DNA from: Macrostomum lignano
Lineage: Eukaryota
Direction: 5' to 3'
Assembly (NCBI GenBank): GCA_002269645.1
Contig: NIVC01000080.1
Location: 248,001 to 312,000 of the forward strand
DNA length: 64,000 nt
Under the pieces are notes generated by a model. The model saw only the letters and a program-made list of their open reading frames with translations, did not search any database and had not been told where the DNA came from. Positions 49,335 to 62,765 of this stretch are shown here, in pieces (the stretch's first letter is position 1; each line of letters begins with the position of its first letter). Both the position numbers and the translations under genes were made by a program.

Positions 49335-52300
49335 ATGGCTACCGCTAGATCATCTGCTTCTGTGCCTATTTCTGCGGCAGAGCGTGGTGATTATGATGCT
49401 GTGAGAAGCTTCTTAAACACCAGTCAATCTGCTTCGAATGCTGTGGCCATTGATTCCGCCGGTCGACGCAGCACATTGCTACATGCCGCTGCTAGAAATG
49501 GTCAGCGCAACATTGTCAGGTGAAATTCATAAATGCGCCTCTTCAACTTGATCGCATTGGCCACTCCCGTGCGAGAATCTTTTACAGGATCGTTACAGGA
49601 TCTTTTAGATTGGGTAGGATGTGTTAAGCCCGAACAATGAATATATCAGTCAGTTGAGAACTTGTTTTCATGTATAAGAAGTGTATAAGAATGCTGACCT
49701 TATGCCTGATAGTTGTTTTGCAAGAATCCCGAGAATGCTGCTTTTGAGATTCAGCCTCTAGGCGCTATAGCTCTTACCTCCGTTGGGCAGAAAAAAGGAA
49801 TGTTGGATTATTCCTTAGTTTGATGCAAAATGTTTTAAAAACCCTATACCCTAATCCTAACTCTCAATTCGATGCTTGGCCTACCAGCAACTCACAATGG
49901 ATCCTTGGCATTTCGGCAAGCAATTTGTCTTGTGAGCCTTGGCATCTCCGCAACTCTCCTTAAGCCTTAGCATCTCGGCAAATCCCATTAAACCAATTGG
50001 CATCTCAGCTATTCCCCGTTCAGCCATGGCATCTAAACCCCCCCCCCCCTGAGCCTAGTCATCTTAAAAGTTTTTTAACAATATTCATTAAATCAGTCTC
50101 TTTTCAACTTGTACCCTATACAAATACATTTCGCTCATAATTTACATTTTAGTCTACTCATCGAGTACGACTGTCGGGTTAATACGCCTCAGGAAGGCAC
50201 AGACGACACACCGCTGATGCTGGCACTGACCGGCGGTCACGAAGACGTGGCTGAAGAACTACTCAATCACGAGAAATGCCACTACAATGCTCAGAACAGC
50301 GCAGGTTGGTCTGCTCTGATGATTGCTGCTCAAAGCGGACTCGTCAGTGCCATGGATCAACTGTTGATGAAGGGACCCGACATGGAACTTGAGACTCACG
50401 AGGACAGGGAGACGGCACTGACCTTAGCTGTGGCTGCTGGACAAGATGAAGCCGTGAAAATGCTAGTTGAGTTTGGTGCTCAAACCGGACACATGAATGG
50501 CAGAGGTTTCACGCCGTTGGATCTGGCTTGGCAGCTGAGGGACGAGCAAAGCGGTAGACCCACTGAAGGTGGATACAAGCGCCGAATCATTGAAGCGCTT
50601 TCCGAGAGGAGGAGGTAAAGTTTTAGTAGAATTTAGTAGAGCAGAATTTGAGTGTTTAAAAATTAAGCATCGCTAAATTCGATGCGGTGTGCGCCTCTTC
50701 TTTCTCATCTCCCCTATCCTCTCTCCCATCTCCTCTTTTATCCTCTCTACTCTCCCTCATCTTTTCTCCTCTCATCTGGGTTCATTTTTGCCATCAAAAA
50801 CTTGACTGAAAAGTTGCAACCAAGAGTCAAAATTAGAAATGAACTATTAGGTAGAAGCTTCTTAGCAACAAATCAAAACTTACGCTCGTAAATTTAGATG
50901 CAAAGATCCAAAAAACAGCTTGTATACCAAAAAATTTTATTTTGCAATCGTATAGAGCAAAAAGTAAACCTAGTCTCTCCTCCCTCTCCACCCCTCTCCT
51001 CTCTCTTCTCCCCTCTACTCCCTTTCCTCCCCTCTCTTCCCTCTTCTCTCCTCTCCTCTCCTCTCCCTCTTATCCCTCTCCTCCCTCTTCTAGCGCTAGT
51101 GGTTATTTGATAAAAAAATACAGCATATAACTTATAGCATATATTTACCCTTCTGAATTAGTTTGTAACAGACCCCAGTCCATTTTGCTAAATATTAATT
51201 TAGCGCCCCAGGCAGGCGGCGGAGGCGCAGAGCAGAAGCAGATGACGCGTCTGACGACGATCTGTCAGCAGACGACGCCGAGGATCGCTCCGGCCGCAGC
51301 AGCGGCAGCAGCAGCAGATTGATCGCCGGCCGCTACAAGAATCTCGGTCAGCTGGGCAGCGGTGCGCACGGACTTGCCCTGCTGGTGCGGGACATGCGTT
51401 GCAATCGAGGCGGCCACGGTCCGGACTCGCGCCTGAAGGTGCTGAAGCAAATCAGCAGGCAGACTGGGCGGGACCTGCAGGCTAGCGGGCGGGAAAACCG
51501 GGAACTGCTCTCTCTGAGACAGCTGGACCACTCGTGCTTGCTGAGTCTGTTGGACTACTTCAACGGTAGGTGTTCTGATTAGGCGTCTGCTTAGGTTTAG
51601 TTGTGTTCAGAGTTTAGTGTTTAGATTCAGAATGACATGAGCAGCGAACTCTTGCATACATGACGCAAAGGTACATTTGTTGTATCTTTAGAAGACACTA
51701 CATGTATGTGTTATGCTCAGCCGCTTGTGGAGCTGATGTATTTGGAGGCAATTTGTTAAGAAGCATGCATATATTGTACTTATTGGTTGAATTCAGTGTT
51801 GCCTAATCAGCCATGCGATGGTCTTACTTATACGAAGTAATTGGGGCATTTATAGAGATTAGAGTGTAGTAAGTTCCAGAATACACAACACCAATCTAAC
51901 TTACTTGTAAGCATTTTGTTTTCCTGGGTTCATCAGCTTCAACACCTACATGTATTTTGGAGTTTAATGTCACTGCTTTCCTAATATGTAACAAAAATGC
52001 AACCACTGTTACCAACAACTGCAACATTCAGATACGGACGACAAGCTCTGCCTAGTGACAGAATACTGCGAATTGCGCGATATGCACACTTGGATCCAGT
52101 GGGCCAACAACACCGACATTGCCCTGCCATTCAGGCTAGTGACACATTGGTGCCTCCAGATGCTACTGGGGCTGAGCTACCTCCATGAGCGTCAGATCGT
52201 GCACGGCGATTTCAAACCATCGAACGTGTTTGTACAGTCCGATGCGACCGTCCGAATAGGCGATTTTGGCTGCTCACTGGACCTGGGCGATGCCGAAGAG

Positions 52301-54273
52301 GCCGTGGCCAGTGCCATCAGTGGCACGTGGATCTATATGAGCCCGGAGATGATTCAAAATAATGGTACGTTATTGGGCAAACAAATTGTCGGAAACGTCA
52401 AAAGTACGTCGACGGACGTCGAAGTGTTGAACGGGAGATAAGAGTTATAAATGAAAAGTCTTCACGCTTTAAGCGCAGCTCGTAAAGAAAATTTCTGGAA
52501 ATATTTTCATATTAATGATGCCAGTAGCGAAATGCAGCCCTATATTATGCACGTATAAAGCGTACGTTGAAGACTGCGGTGTAGATGTAGTTCAGTTCAA
52601 GGACCACTAGAAGTTACAGTTGTATGCTTTTTCGAGGGCAAGCATCGCTAAATACATGTAAAAAACAAGCGGGCCCTCGATCAAATAATTTTGCACAATT
52701 TACGAGTTGTGACGCTGTTGATAATGCTAGCTGTTTTGCTATGCGTAAGACCGCTTCATCCGAATTCGATTCCGGTTACACTAATTTCTCTAGACAAGAA
52801 CTACGTCGTAGATTCTATGAACCAGAAAATCACAGGGTTGGTACTGCGATCGTAGAAAATAGATTAATAGAGAGTTGAATATGAAAATATTGTAGATGAG
52901 TGATATAAATGATTGAATATAATAATAGCCAATGTGAAATGTAGAGAACCTAATAAATAATTCTTACATTTAGATAGTTAGCAGCTATATATAATCAGAA
53001 TGCATGTAGCAAAATTTATAAGCTAAGTAATGCGTGCAGGGACCAGAAGAAACGTGCAAAAAGAGATCGAGTGACTATAGGCTAGCAAGCTGATAAAATG
53101 CGAACATACATGTATTTTACCTACTCGAAATTGTTACCCCAGTTCGAAGCACAGCCAACGACATGTGGAGTCTTGGTTGCACCTTCTACGAGCTGTGCAC
53201 CTGCCAGCCGCTGTTCGACCCTGGCCTACCTCGACCGGCTCTTCGTGCGCAAATTTGCAGCGAAGCTGAGCGCCGATTCGATGAACTTCCCCAACTGCTG
53301 CCGGCTTGGCTCCATGCTGCGCTGCCGCGAATGCTCCGTCAATCGCCGCCTTCAGAGCGGCCGACTGCTGCCGGCTTGCTGCTTGAAGACGAAGTGGCCA
53401 ACAGCCTGAGGAAAATGCAGCCGGATCAGCTGGCTGAAGATCGGCAATTCCTGGCCGACAATTTGGCCGGGGTGCTGGAGGCTGGGGATGATAATGATGC
53501 GGCAAAATACTCGCCGAATCGTGGCTTCGATTATTCACTGGTAGGGTTTTTGTTTGGATTTCTAGTGCTGTGAAAGGGATTGTTAACATAGACGAATAAA
53601 GTAGAGTATGTACTTCATTATAGTCCTTGGGTGTGAGCTTAATCACTTCGATTGGTTAGTCACCTTAGCTATAAAACCTTGTACTTGACCAAAGTTTTAC
53701 AGATGTCTAATTGACGTATAATGAGGTGTGCAAGATGCGGAATATTTGCAATCTTCTAACTAGCTTATTCAATGCTGTCTCTGGTCAACTACAGTTAAGT
53801 ACATTTTGAGTGTTAGAAAATGCTTCGAAGCGAAGACCGCATTTAGTCTTATCCCATTGTTTTAAATGCCGTCTTTATACATGTATATTGTAACCGTAAC
53901 AATCTGTAAGTTATTTTGTGTCAGACAAATCGTCCTAATTTCTATCTGGCTTCAGGCTTACGACGCTCTCCTTGCCGACGTAGAGCGGTTTGTTGCCTCC
54001 TCGGATGCAGATCAGCAACTATCAGACTATCAGCAACTTGAGAACCTTCGAGCTAAACTAGCCGAGAAGAAGAACCAGGCGGAATTCCCCCTTGAAAAAG
54101 TATACCAGATTTTTACGGAACAAAACGTGGAGCAGGGCACCGGCACCCGGTCAGCGGTCGCTCGAAGCGGACAGCAGCTTGAACAACGTATGGCTGAGCT
54201 GACATCGGATGCAGAAGGCTGCGAAATGGTTCAAATGGCGATTCTGTTGGAGCGGCAATGCCTCGACTCTTAA
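49335..54273 (+). CDS. Ankyrin-repeat plus NEK11-like Ser/Thr kinase, about 685 aa; exons 49335-49519, 50153-50614, 51204(or 51216)-51565, 52032-52364, 53143-53540, 53956-54273
   Basis: About 5 ankyrin repeats (TLLHAAARNG, TPLMLA, SALMIAAQSG, TALTLAVAAG, TPLDLA). Kinase motifs IAGRY..LGSGAHG, LKVLKQI, LDH, LVTEYCE, HGDFKPSN, IGDFG, GTWIYMSPE, NDMWSLGC and ERPTA. The IAGRY and LKVLKQI elements match NEK11. All five introns are GT-AG with matching phases (2,2,1,1,0). The domains are certain; the single-gene join across 50615-51203 is inferred. Confidence 0.82.
50690..51092. repeat. Two polypyrimidine (CT-rich) low-complexity tracts in ANK-NEK intron 2
   Basis: About 50690-50775 and 50973-51092 are almost purely C/T. 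Confidence 0.85.
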
Positions 54274-55580
54274 TTGTTGTGTTTAAAGTGTTGATAAATG
54301 CTGGGATCTTAACCGTCTCCATTGGTGTCATCAGTATAGTGGCAAGATGTGAACCTTTAGATTTCAAAGAACCATTGACACTGCGGTTGCATGTTAATAA
54401 TTATACTTCTTCCTTTGTCCTACTCATTCCCCCAATTGCATCAAAGACGATTTTTATTTGTAATCGACATTTTAGTCATTATAGTGTTGGTCGATTTGCT
54501 ATGTTTAGCTTTCAGGACAAGTCAGGATAATCTTACGCTTTAAAAGTGTTTTCAAACATTCAACGCAAAACCTCGTGTTGACAAGAATTATTGAAATTCC
54601 AACCCTTAAAATATAAAAACCAATGAAAAAACAACATCATACCAGACTGCATGGCTACTAATTAACGGCGGAAATGAATTTTTCAAATTATATGTACTCG
54701 TAATAGTTTCCATGAGTCAATCAGAAACTTTCTGGAAATATTTTGATACTAATGTTGCCATGTAGTTAAATGCAGCAAACATTAAGTACGTACACAAGAT
54801 TTGTTATAAAGACTGCGGTGTAGATTTAGTTCAGCTCAAGGACTACTAGAATTTACCGTTTATATATGTTTTTTGGAAGGCAAGCATCGCTAATGTAACG
54901 ATATATACAGATTTTCCGGCAGCAGTCGCGTAAGCTAAAGCTACGTAGCGGCTGAAGCCTAGTAAAGCAATTGCTGCCGTGAAAGAATCTGTCTATGTCG
55001 TTATTGGAACCTTTTGAATGAAATCGATTGTTGCCAAATTTAAACCCCAGTGTGGCTCAGTCCAGTGTCTATGTTATGTAACGCATTGTATTCAATGGCC
55101 GCGGGCCATGAAATTTTACGGCCGGGCCGTGAAATCAGCTAGTGCAGAACAGCGCCTGGCTGAGCCACAATAACCCTCTAGTGTGGCCTGGCTGAGCCAC
55201 AATAACACTAATAATAACACCCCCCCCCCCCAGATTTGCTGTCTATGGCGTAAAGGATGTCTGAGGATGCGTTGCTAGGCAGAGGCGAAGCCTCAGCCAT
55301 TCTATACGCCAAAGAAACAAATCTGGGGGTGTTATCTTATACTTCTAGTCAATTCTTCTGTTCTTGTCTATGGTACTTTGGAATAGCAGTAAGGATAATC
55401 AGTCAATCGTCTATGGTAATCGGAAGGACAGTGAAGACGACTAGCGTAACTGTCATAAATTAATTCTCTAGTGGATTTAATCTGTGGCGGAGAAATGTGT
55501 GGACTCTCCATTCACAGAAAAGTTGGCTTTTGTCACCCGAGAGTCGAGCAATCGCTTTGTTCTAGAGATTAACAATTTGA

Positions 55581-55985
55581 ATGCGTCGTCAGTACCGAAT
55601 TGTGCTACCTGAGCTGACTAGCGAATATTACCAAATGCTGGACCGGATTGAGAATGAATCTGTGCCGAAATCGACCGAGACTCAACGAAAACTTCACGTG
55701 GTCGGGAGAGGAACAAAAGGCTCGGCCAGTTCCTCAATGAGAAGGGGCTCTGCCAGGAGTTTGAGTGTGCACCGGATCGATTGCTGAACGATTAACTGAA
55801 ACTTTTATATTCGTCTCTTCGAGAGCAGGGTTGAACATACTACGCGCCGAAGTCTCTCATCTGTTTTCGTGCGTCCCTTCAACGGCACCTGGAATCCCAG
55901 TCCGTCAATCGCCAGGTAAACATAATTACCGGAGAATCATTCAAGCGTTGCAATGGAGTTCTTGTCGAATTCATTTGTGACAGAG
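55581..55985 (+). pseudogene. Crypton-like (tyrosine-recombinase transposon, DUF3504-associated) N-terminal remnant
   Basis: LDRIENESVPKSTETQRK in one frame, then RLGQFLNEKGLCQEFE..LLND*LKLLYSSLREQG*TYYAPKSLICFRASLQRHLE...VNIITGESFKRCNGVL in another. This follows the core-binding-domain pattern of CryptonA/ZMYM/KCTD1-type proteins as I recall it. Two stops and a frameshift; no catalytic domain seen. Confidence 0.6.
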
Positions 55986-56219
55986 GAACAAAACTACGCT
56001 CGTACTCCTTCATTGTTTTTTGTTGTTTTGCGTCGTTGTCATGTTTCATTTTTTTCTATAGCCAAATGCAGTCGTTAATTTTCCGGCAACAATCTAAAAA
56101 ACAGCCGGCAGACAATTAAAATGTTGCCGACAGGCTTACTGCCGAAAACCATCGACAAAAGGATACAATACACGTAACAAGAGGGCCTCCAAATAATTTT
56201 GCACTATTTATTTGCTGTA

Positions 56220-56578
56220 CAGGGGCGTCGCTATAGATTTTATGGTGGGGGGCAAAGCCAAGAATTCAACATGTACATGTACATGACTAAATTTTGGCAC
56301 TCATTTTGGCCCCGCAGGCACTCCTTTTGGCGCCGCAAGCATTCCTTTTAGCGCCGCAGGCACTCATTTTAGCGCCTCAGGCATTCTTTTCAGCGCCGCA
56401 GTATTCCATTTTGGCGCCGAAGGCGCTTTATTTTGGCGTACTGAAGAAAAATTTTTGATTACCACAACGGGTCACAAGCTGGTGGGGTGTGGGGGACAAA
56501 GCATTGGCATGTCCCCCCATAGCTTTTACTGGACGGGAAATGTCCCCTGCTGTCCCCCCCTCGGTGGCGACGCGCCTG
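56220..56578. mobile_element. MITE with CAGGGGCGTCGC TIRs and an internal 20-21-bp tandem repeat
   Basis: TIRs 11/12 identical. Internal repeats of CATTTTGGCGCCGCAGGCACT type at about 56300-56440. No TSD could be matched. Confidence 0.65.
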
Positions 56579-58481
56579 CCAATATAGTAGCAATAATGTG
56601 TCAAGCATCTGCAAATGGGTCCTATATAGCTATAAGATCGAAGTCTGCAGCTAGAGACAAGCTAAAATTAAAGCAGCAAAAAATCGAAAGGATAGATAGA
56701 ATCAAATCAGCTAAGCTATTAATACTAAGCTCAATCCGCCGCCATCCTCCCCATGCTAACTCGCTCACCAACCATGCACAGCTCTCTCGAAATCGGGTTT
56801 CGAGACGAAGCTATACCATACGGGCCGGCTGAACCAATTGCTGCCAAACCAGCCTGCACTTTCACTTGCTGTCAATAAATCTCGAAGTCATATAGCCGAT
56901 AAAAGGTTCACTTCAATTTGGAAACTGCATCGCATAATTGTTTATTCAGGAACAGAGAGAGGAATTTTTGCATGGGGGTATTAAGGCGCGACTATATATG
57001 GCCTGGGAAATGTAGTTTGAACAAATTATAAAATTCCTATACTTGTACATACAAATGTATGCAGACTATACTACATATGTATATCTTCTGGCCAAGAGTA
57101 TACGACTGGCTTGAATTGAGTTCTGATAGAAATTAATGCATGATTTTATTGCAGGTATTGTTGATCATCGATCGACTGAGCTCGAATTTTGTTTCCAGGA
57201 AAGGCTGGGTTGCAGTAACAATTAATACAATGTAACTTTTTTCTCGCACTAAATTTACGAAAAATGCCTTAATTGTAAATGTATCTCCAATGCTACAATT
57301 GGATCATGCATGATGATTATCCATGCATGATGGTGGTGCAGCTGGGCCTACAACAGAACAGTAGGAAGGCCGAAGGGCAGTGAAATCTGCTACAAGGACT
57401 ACTAGACTATATATAACGAAGTGTTCCTAGTGCTCCTTGATCTGCTAATAAGAAAATTTTTGCGGAAAATGTCGATTTTTGGCTGTATAAAACCCAAAAA
57501 AAATTTATGTGTAGGTACTGCCTACAATGTAAACTCTGAAGCAATTAAAAGTTGTGCTCTGACCCCGCCTCTCACTAAAACAGAAAAAATCCGTTTGATT
57601 TACTTAACGTTATGTAGAATAACAAGATAGAAATAAAATTAAGGTTTTCTGAATAAAAAAAAGATAACACCAGGTTTTATATACTGTCAAAATGGTATAT
57701 GTTTTTAAGCAAAGCATGCTAAGAAATCTTTTGGTAGACTGTACAATTTTTTAAATAATTGTATTTTACTATACTGTACTCACGGGTAGGGATTATCTCT
57801 GACTACAACATAGACTAAACCAAACAAAGGACGAGAATTCTGTTTCTAGTTAAACTCCATTTTTTGTAGTTTGTGGCTAAGTTTGCTTTATCAGAGGTAG
57901 ACAAGCTTATCTTAACTTTTTATCGTTAAGAATATCGTCAACGAGCAAACTCATCAGCAAAAGCAAAATCATATAATTTCTAACTCTAGTCTAGGCCCTT
58001 AGTCCATATATTATTGCTAATTTAAAACTAGGCCATATAAGGCTAGGGACCGAGTTGAGTTGCAAGTCAGGAAATCGCTTTGCTGTAGCCTTCAGCATAG
58101 GCTTTAGGCTTGCTAAACATAATCATTGATAGATAAGTAAGCTATGTTAACGTCTGCTTCTGTAACAAGTTCGTCCCAACTTCATGACCATAAGCCAAAT
58201 TCTGCTGAAGCCATTCCTTCACGGGTTATAAAAAGTGAAAAATTGGATTTAGATTCTACAGATCTACACAAAAACGTGAATATCAATACTTCAAATGGCG
58301 AGCTGTCATTTGATAGTCATGTAAGTTACATTTTTAACTCTACAACTGCATTTTGCTACTTAAGATTTAATCTTAAGCCCCTAGAACTATATATAGCAAA
58401 TGGCACCTGGTAAAGTTTCTGTTTGATTTAAGAAAAAAAGCATTTATTTTCCATATTAAAACACTACCACTATTCCTTATA

Positions 58482-59790
58482 TGAAGGGGGTTCAAAACGT
58501 TTTGTCGTTTGGCTATATCACATAATATTTTCATGAAACTTTTTTTGGTTTAGAATAGTCACTTTTATATAGAGTGTATATGACAGATGTTCAATCTTCT
58601 ATCAGTTTTTGAAGTCATTTTTTCAGCAAGAACTCAAGGCACCCCCTGCATTTTCAGCAAAATGGAGAAACAGGAGTATCAAGCTCTCATTAAATTTTTT
58701 ACCTTAAAAGGATTAAAGCCACCAGCAATCAAAGCAGAGATCAAGTCTGTGTACCCCACAACTTGCCCGTCTCTACGCACAATTGAGAGACACCATACTG
58801 AATTTAAGCGAGGCAGGGTGACCCTCGAAGATGACCCCCGGAGTGGGCGCCCTGCTACCAGCGCCAACCAGGAGAAAGTTGATGCAGTTGCCAAGCTCCT
58901 GGATGAAGATTGGCAAATTCGAGTTGCCAGCATTGCACACACTGTTGGCATCTCAATTGGGTCAGTTGAGGAAATCCTGCACCAAATCCTTGGGTACAAC
59001 AAGGTCAGTGCCCGTTGGGTACCCTGAATGCTTTCGCGGGACCACAAGCTGAATTGGGTGAACTCTAGCCGCTTCATGCTTGACCTGTACAACGCGGACC
59101 CAAATGGATTCAAGCGACGAATCATAACAGGGGATGAGTGCTGGCTACATCACTACGACCCTGAGTCCAAGCGTGACTCCATGCCATGGAGTGGTGGCAC
59201 CCAGGAGAAGGTGCACCTCACAAGTTCAAGCAAGTGAAGTCGGCTGACAAGGTCTTGGGCTACTTCTTCTGGGATTGTCAGGGGATGCTGCTTGCTGAGT
59301 ACCTGCCAGTGGGGCACACTGTGACAGGTGTGCAGTACGCTGAACAGCTGGGCCGACTTCGTCAAGCAGTTGTCAGGAAGAGGCGAGGCAAGTTGAGTAC
59401 TTGCCCCCTGCTGCTTCATGACAACGCCCCTGCAGCCCTGCTCACACAGCCCAAGTTGCAGTGAATGCTGCCACCACTGCAGGATTCGAAATTCTGCCCC
59501 ATCCTGCCTATTCACCAGACCTGGCCCCATCGGATTTCTACTTGTTTCACCAGCTGAAGAAGCCACTCCAAGGGCGCCATTTTGAGTCCAATGAGGAAGT
59601 CATCGCCCTCGTGAACCAGTGGCTGGAGGACCAGACGGCAACCTTCTACACCAGCGGCATCCAAGAGCTGCGTGACCGTTGGCAGAAGTGTATTGATCGC
59701 CAAGGAGATTATGTTGAAAAATAATGTAGCCTTGTCCCAAAAGTTTTTGTTTGAATGTACAAACGACAAAACTTTTTGAACCCCCCCTCA
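58482..59790 (+). mobile_element. Full-length defective mariner transposon (about 1.31 kb); transposase pseudogene 58662-59724
   Basis: About 30-bp TIRs TGA(A/G)GGGGGTTCAAAA.GTTTTGTCGTTTG flanked by TA. Motifs LEDDPRSGRP, WVP followed by a TGA stop (59025-27), IITGDECW, LLHDNAP and YSPDLAPSDF. Frameshifts near 59190 and 59440. TIRs differ from the mariner at 38.7 kb. Confidence 0.95.
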
Positions 59791-60163
59791 TATTATATTA
59801 ATAAAGTACAAAGAAAAATAATATTTTTTTAAATTTCATTTGTCTGTCTTTTTAGTTGCAAAGCCATACTAGGGACTACACTGAGATTTTGAAGGTTATT
59901 TTTTTGTATTTTTCAATTATACTTATTTAACCTCAAAAATATCTTTATTTAACTTTTAAGTCTTTAATTTTTGGTAGCTATGTTTTTTTGATCCCTAGCA
60001 ATTCTCTAATGCCATAGTCTCATAGATATATTAGCCATGCAGCAAAATTTTTTGGCTGCCATGGAAATTGCAAGTGGTATATAACCCTGACTCTGGATGG
60101 TATACATGTATGCCAGAAAATTCTAGTGTATAGGACCTAGAATATACTATTGGTGTCACTTAT

Positions 60164-60747
60164 GGACATTTCCCCTCTGGACATTTCCCCTCTGGCATTT
60201 CCCCTCTGGACACTTCCCTTTGGGGATATTTCCCCTTGGGGACTTTTTTCCTCTAGATATTTCCCCTCCAGACATTTCCCCTTTATCTATAATGAAATAA
60301 CAGTGCCTTCAGACATGTTCAAAGAGAACATAAGTTGCATATATATATATATAAATGTATATAAATATATATATAAATGTAATAATATAGTAATATTATA
60401 ATATAGTATAAAAATAATAATATACAAAATAATATTATAATAAAACCTATAATAAAACATAATAAAACCATCTACTCTACTCTCACTTTTTACTTACATA
60501 ATTTTTAAAATAAAAGCAATCTAACAGCATAATTACATGGATATGACATACATGCATGCAAAACTTCTTTTTGGCATATTCTTAAGCTCTGTTATTTCAT
60601 TATAGCTGGATGGGAAATGTCTGGAGGGAAAATGGCTAGAGGGGAAATGTCCGGAGTGGAAATGTCTTGAGGGGAAATGTCCGGAGGGGAAATGTCCAGA
60701 TGGGAATTGCCAAAGGGAAAATGCCAGAGGGGAAATGTCCGGTAGCC
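60164..60747. mobile_element. Foldback-type element: long TIRs built from tandem GGACATTTCCCCTCT units around an AT-rich core
   Basis: Left arm 60164-60304 ends CTATAATGAAATAACAG. Right arm 60588-60747 begins CTGTTATTTCATTATAG and contains AGAGGGGAAATGTCC units. Confidence 0.82.
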
Positions 60748-61009
60748 CATTGGTGTACAACTTGGCATACAGAAAGGCCTAGCATGCCCTCTTGGCATAA
60801 AGTTTAGCATATAAAGATTGCCAAGACAGTAGTAGGTAGGACCAGAATTTCCAAGTCCCAATCAGGACTTTTTGAACTTTAGGTAGATAAAATAGTTGTA
60901 GTTTTAACAGGACCATAATTTTGTCTCTATAGAGGTTTTTGATAGTGTTGATTTCAAATTTGAACTTCATTTTTTTGTACCTTATAGCCAACCACTAGGG
61001 CATAGGGAA

Positions 61010-61300
61010 TGGGAGGTTTTAGGGTTAGGAGAATCTTCATAGGGAATGATTTTATATACCTAAACTTCAATAGAAGCATGGAGATCTATTGAAGATTAGA
61101 TAGATAAATTTGGAGGCTAAGGGAAGAGGGCAAGTCTTGGGATAGGAAATGGAGGTAAAAGGGGGGGGGGCTGACAAGCACTAAAAACTAGGGCATGGAG
61201 AATAGGGGATTTTAGGATAGGGAGAATCTTCATCAGGATATATTTTATATACCTAAACTTCAATAGAGGCATGGGGGTCTATTGAAGATTAAGTAGATAA
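61010..61300. repeat. Degenerate direct duplication with period about 190 bp
   Basis: GGAGAATCTTCAT...TTTTATATACCTAAACTTCAATAGA..CATGG..TCTATTGAAGATTA occurs at about 61029-61099 and 61221-61291. Confidence 0.8.
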
Positions 61301-62765
61301 ATTCCAAACCTGAGGGGGGTCTGACAAGGGGGGTGGCTAACAACTACCAACCACCAAGGCATGGGGAATGAGAGTCAGCTGCAGCTAATAGGGCAGGGAA
61401 TATTGGTTTTAATCTGTAATTTTTATTTTGGCATATTTTTGTATGCAATGAAATGTTTGTTGGCATACATTGGCGTACATGAGCTATGGAAGCAATTTTT
61501 GTTCCAGCATAAAGCAGTACACAATCCTGACCCTAGTGTATAACTAAGCAATTATGATTTCTACATAGGCCTTTAAGGCATTGCAACAATAAAAGACCTT
61601 TTTATATTTGCAATAAACTATAGTCTGGATCATGGCAAGCATATATTGGAATGAAAATGCTTATTTTTTCAATTTTATGCATTTTACATGGGTTATATCA
61701 AGGGTCACTAAGTATGCACTATGGCCTAAGAGGCATTGCAACAATAAAGGACTTTTTTGGCACTTTGCATTTGCATTACTCAACAAAATAGCACTGCTAT
61801 GTAGAGCATGCCAAAAACTATAATTGGTTTCTAAAATAGGTCAAATAATGAGAAAGTTAGGGCAATAATTTTTTTGTAAGTCTTTCCAATTTTTTTTCTA
61901 ATTTTTTTCCTATTTATTTTTATAACCAATTTAGCCCAAAATCTAGTTTTTTTAATAAGTATTATTGATATAATTTTTATTTTACTAAATTCTATGGCTT
62001 ATTTTTTTATGCTTTATCCTTTATTTATTTATAGCAACATCTAATTGTAACATTTGCAATCATTCTTCAAAAGTTAATATTAGATCTAAAGTCTATTGAA
62101 AGACTATAAAATGACATGTTTTATCATTTTTGCTATAATAAGTAACTTTATTTCTTCTTTCCTTTTATAATAAGCATAGTTTAACATATTAAAAGTCATT
62201 TCCTAACTAGGGGCAACAAAGCTAACTAGTTAAGAAAGTAATAAAAGTGAGAATATTTTAGTGAGAGGGAATTAAGGATAGGATAACAGGTAGCACATCT
62301 TGAGGAAAGTAAGGGGTGCTTGAGCAGTTATAAGCATATAGTGCTCAGAAATTACCATGTGCTTTTAGTCATGGGTATAGCTAGACATTTCCTCACAAGT
62401 TTAATCATTGCAATTTCTTGGCTCCATTTATCTTAGTATATTGCTGAATTAGACTTAATCAGCTAATCTTATACTTTTGCTTATCTTTACAGGGATAAAA
62501 ATACCCTTAAATCCTGTAAATGAAACTGCCAACATCTTTATCAATTTTCATTTTAGCCACTTTTAAATTAGTTATGTAAGTAATTTAAAAAAAATTGAAC
62601 ATTTTTTAGTTTAAGTTTAAAGTCAAGTTATAAGTATTGCTTATTCTTTTACAAGTTTGAGTAATACTGTTTGCAAGTTTCAGATCTATTTAAAGTTAAA
62701 AATATTTAGATTAGATAGATCAAAATGAGTTGAATATTATTAGTTAAGCTTACAAAAGCTTTAGA

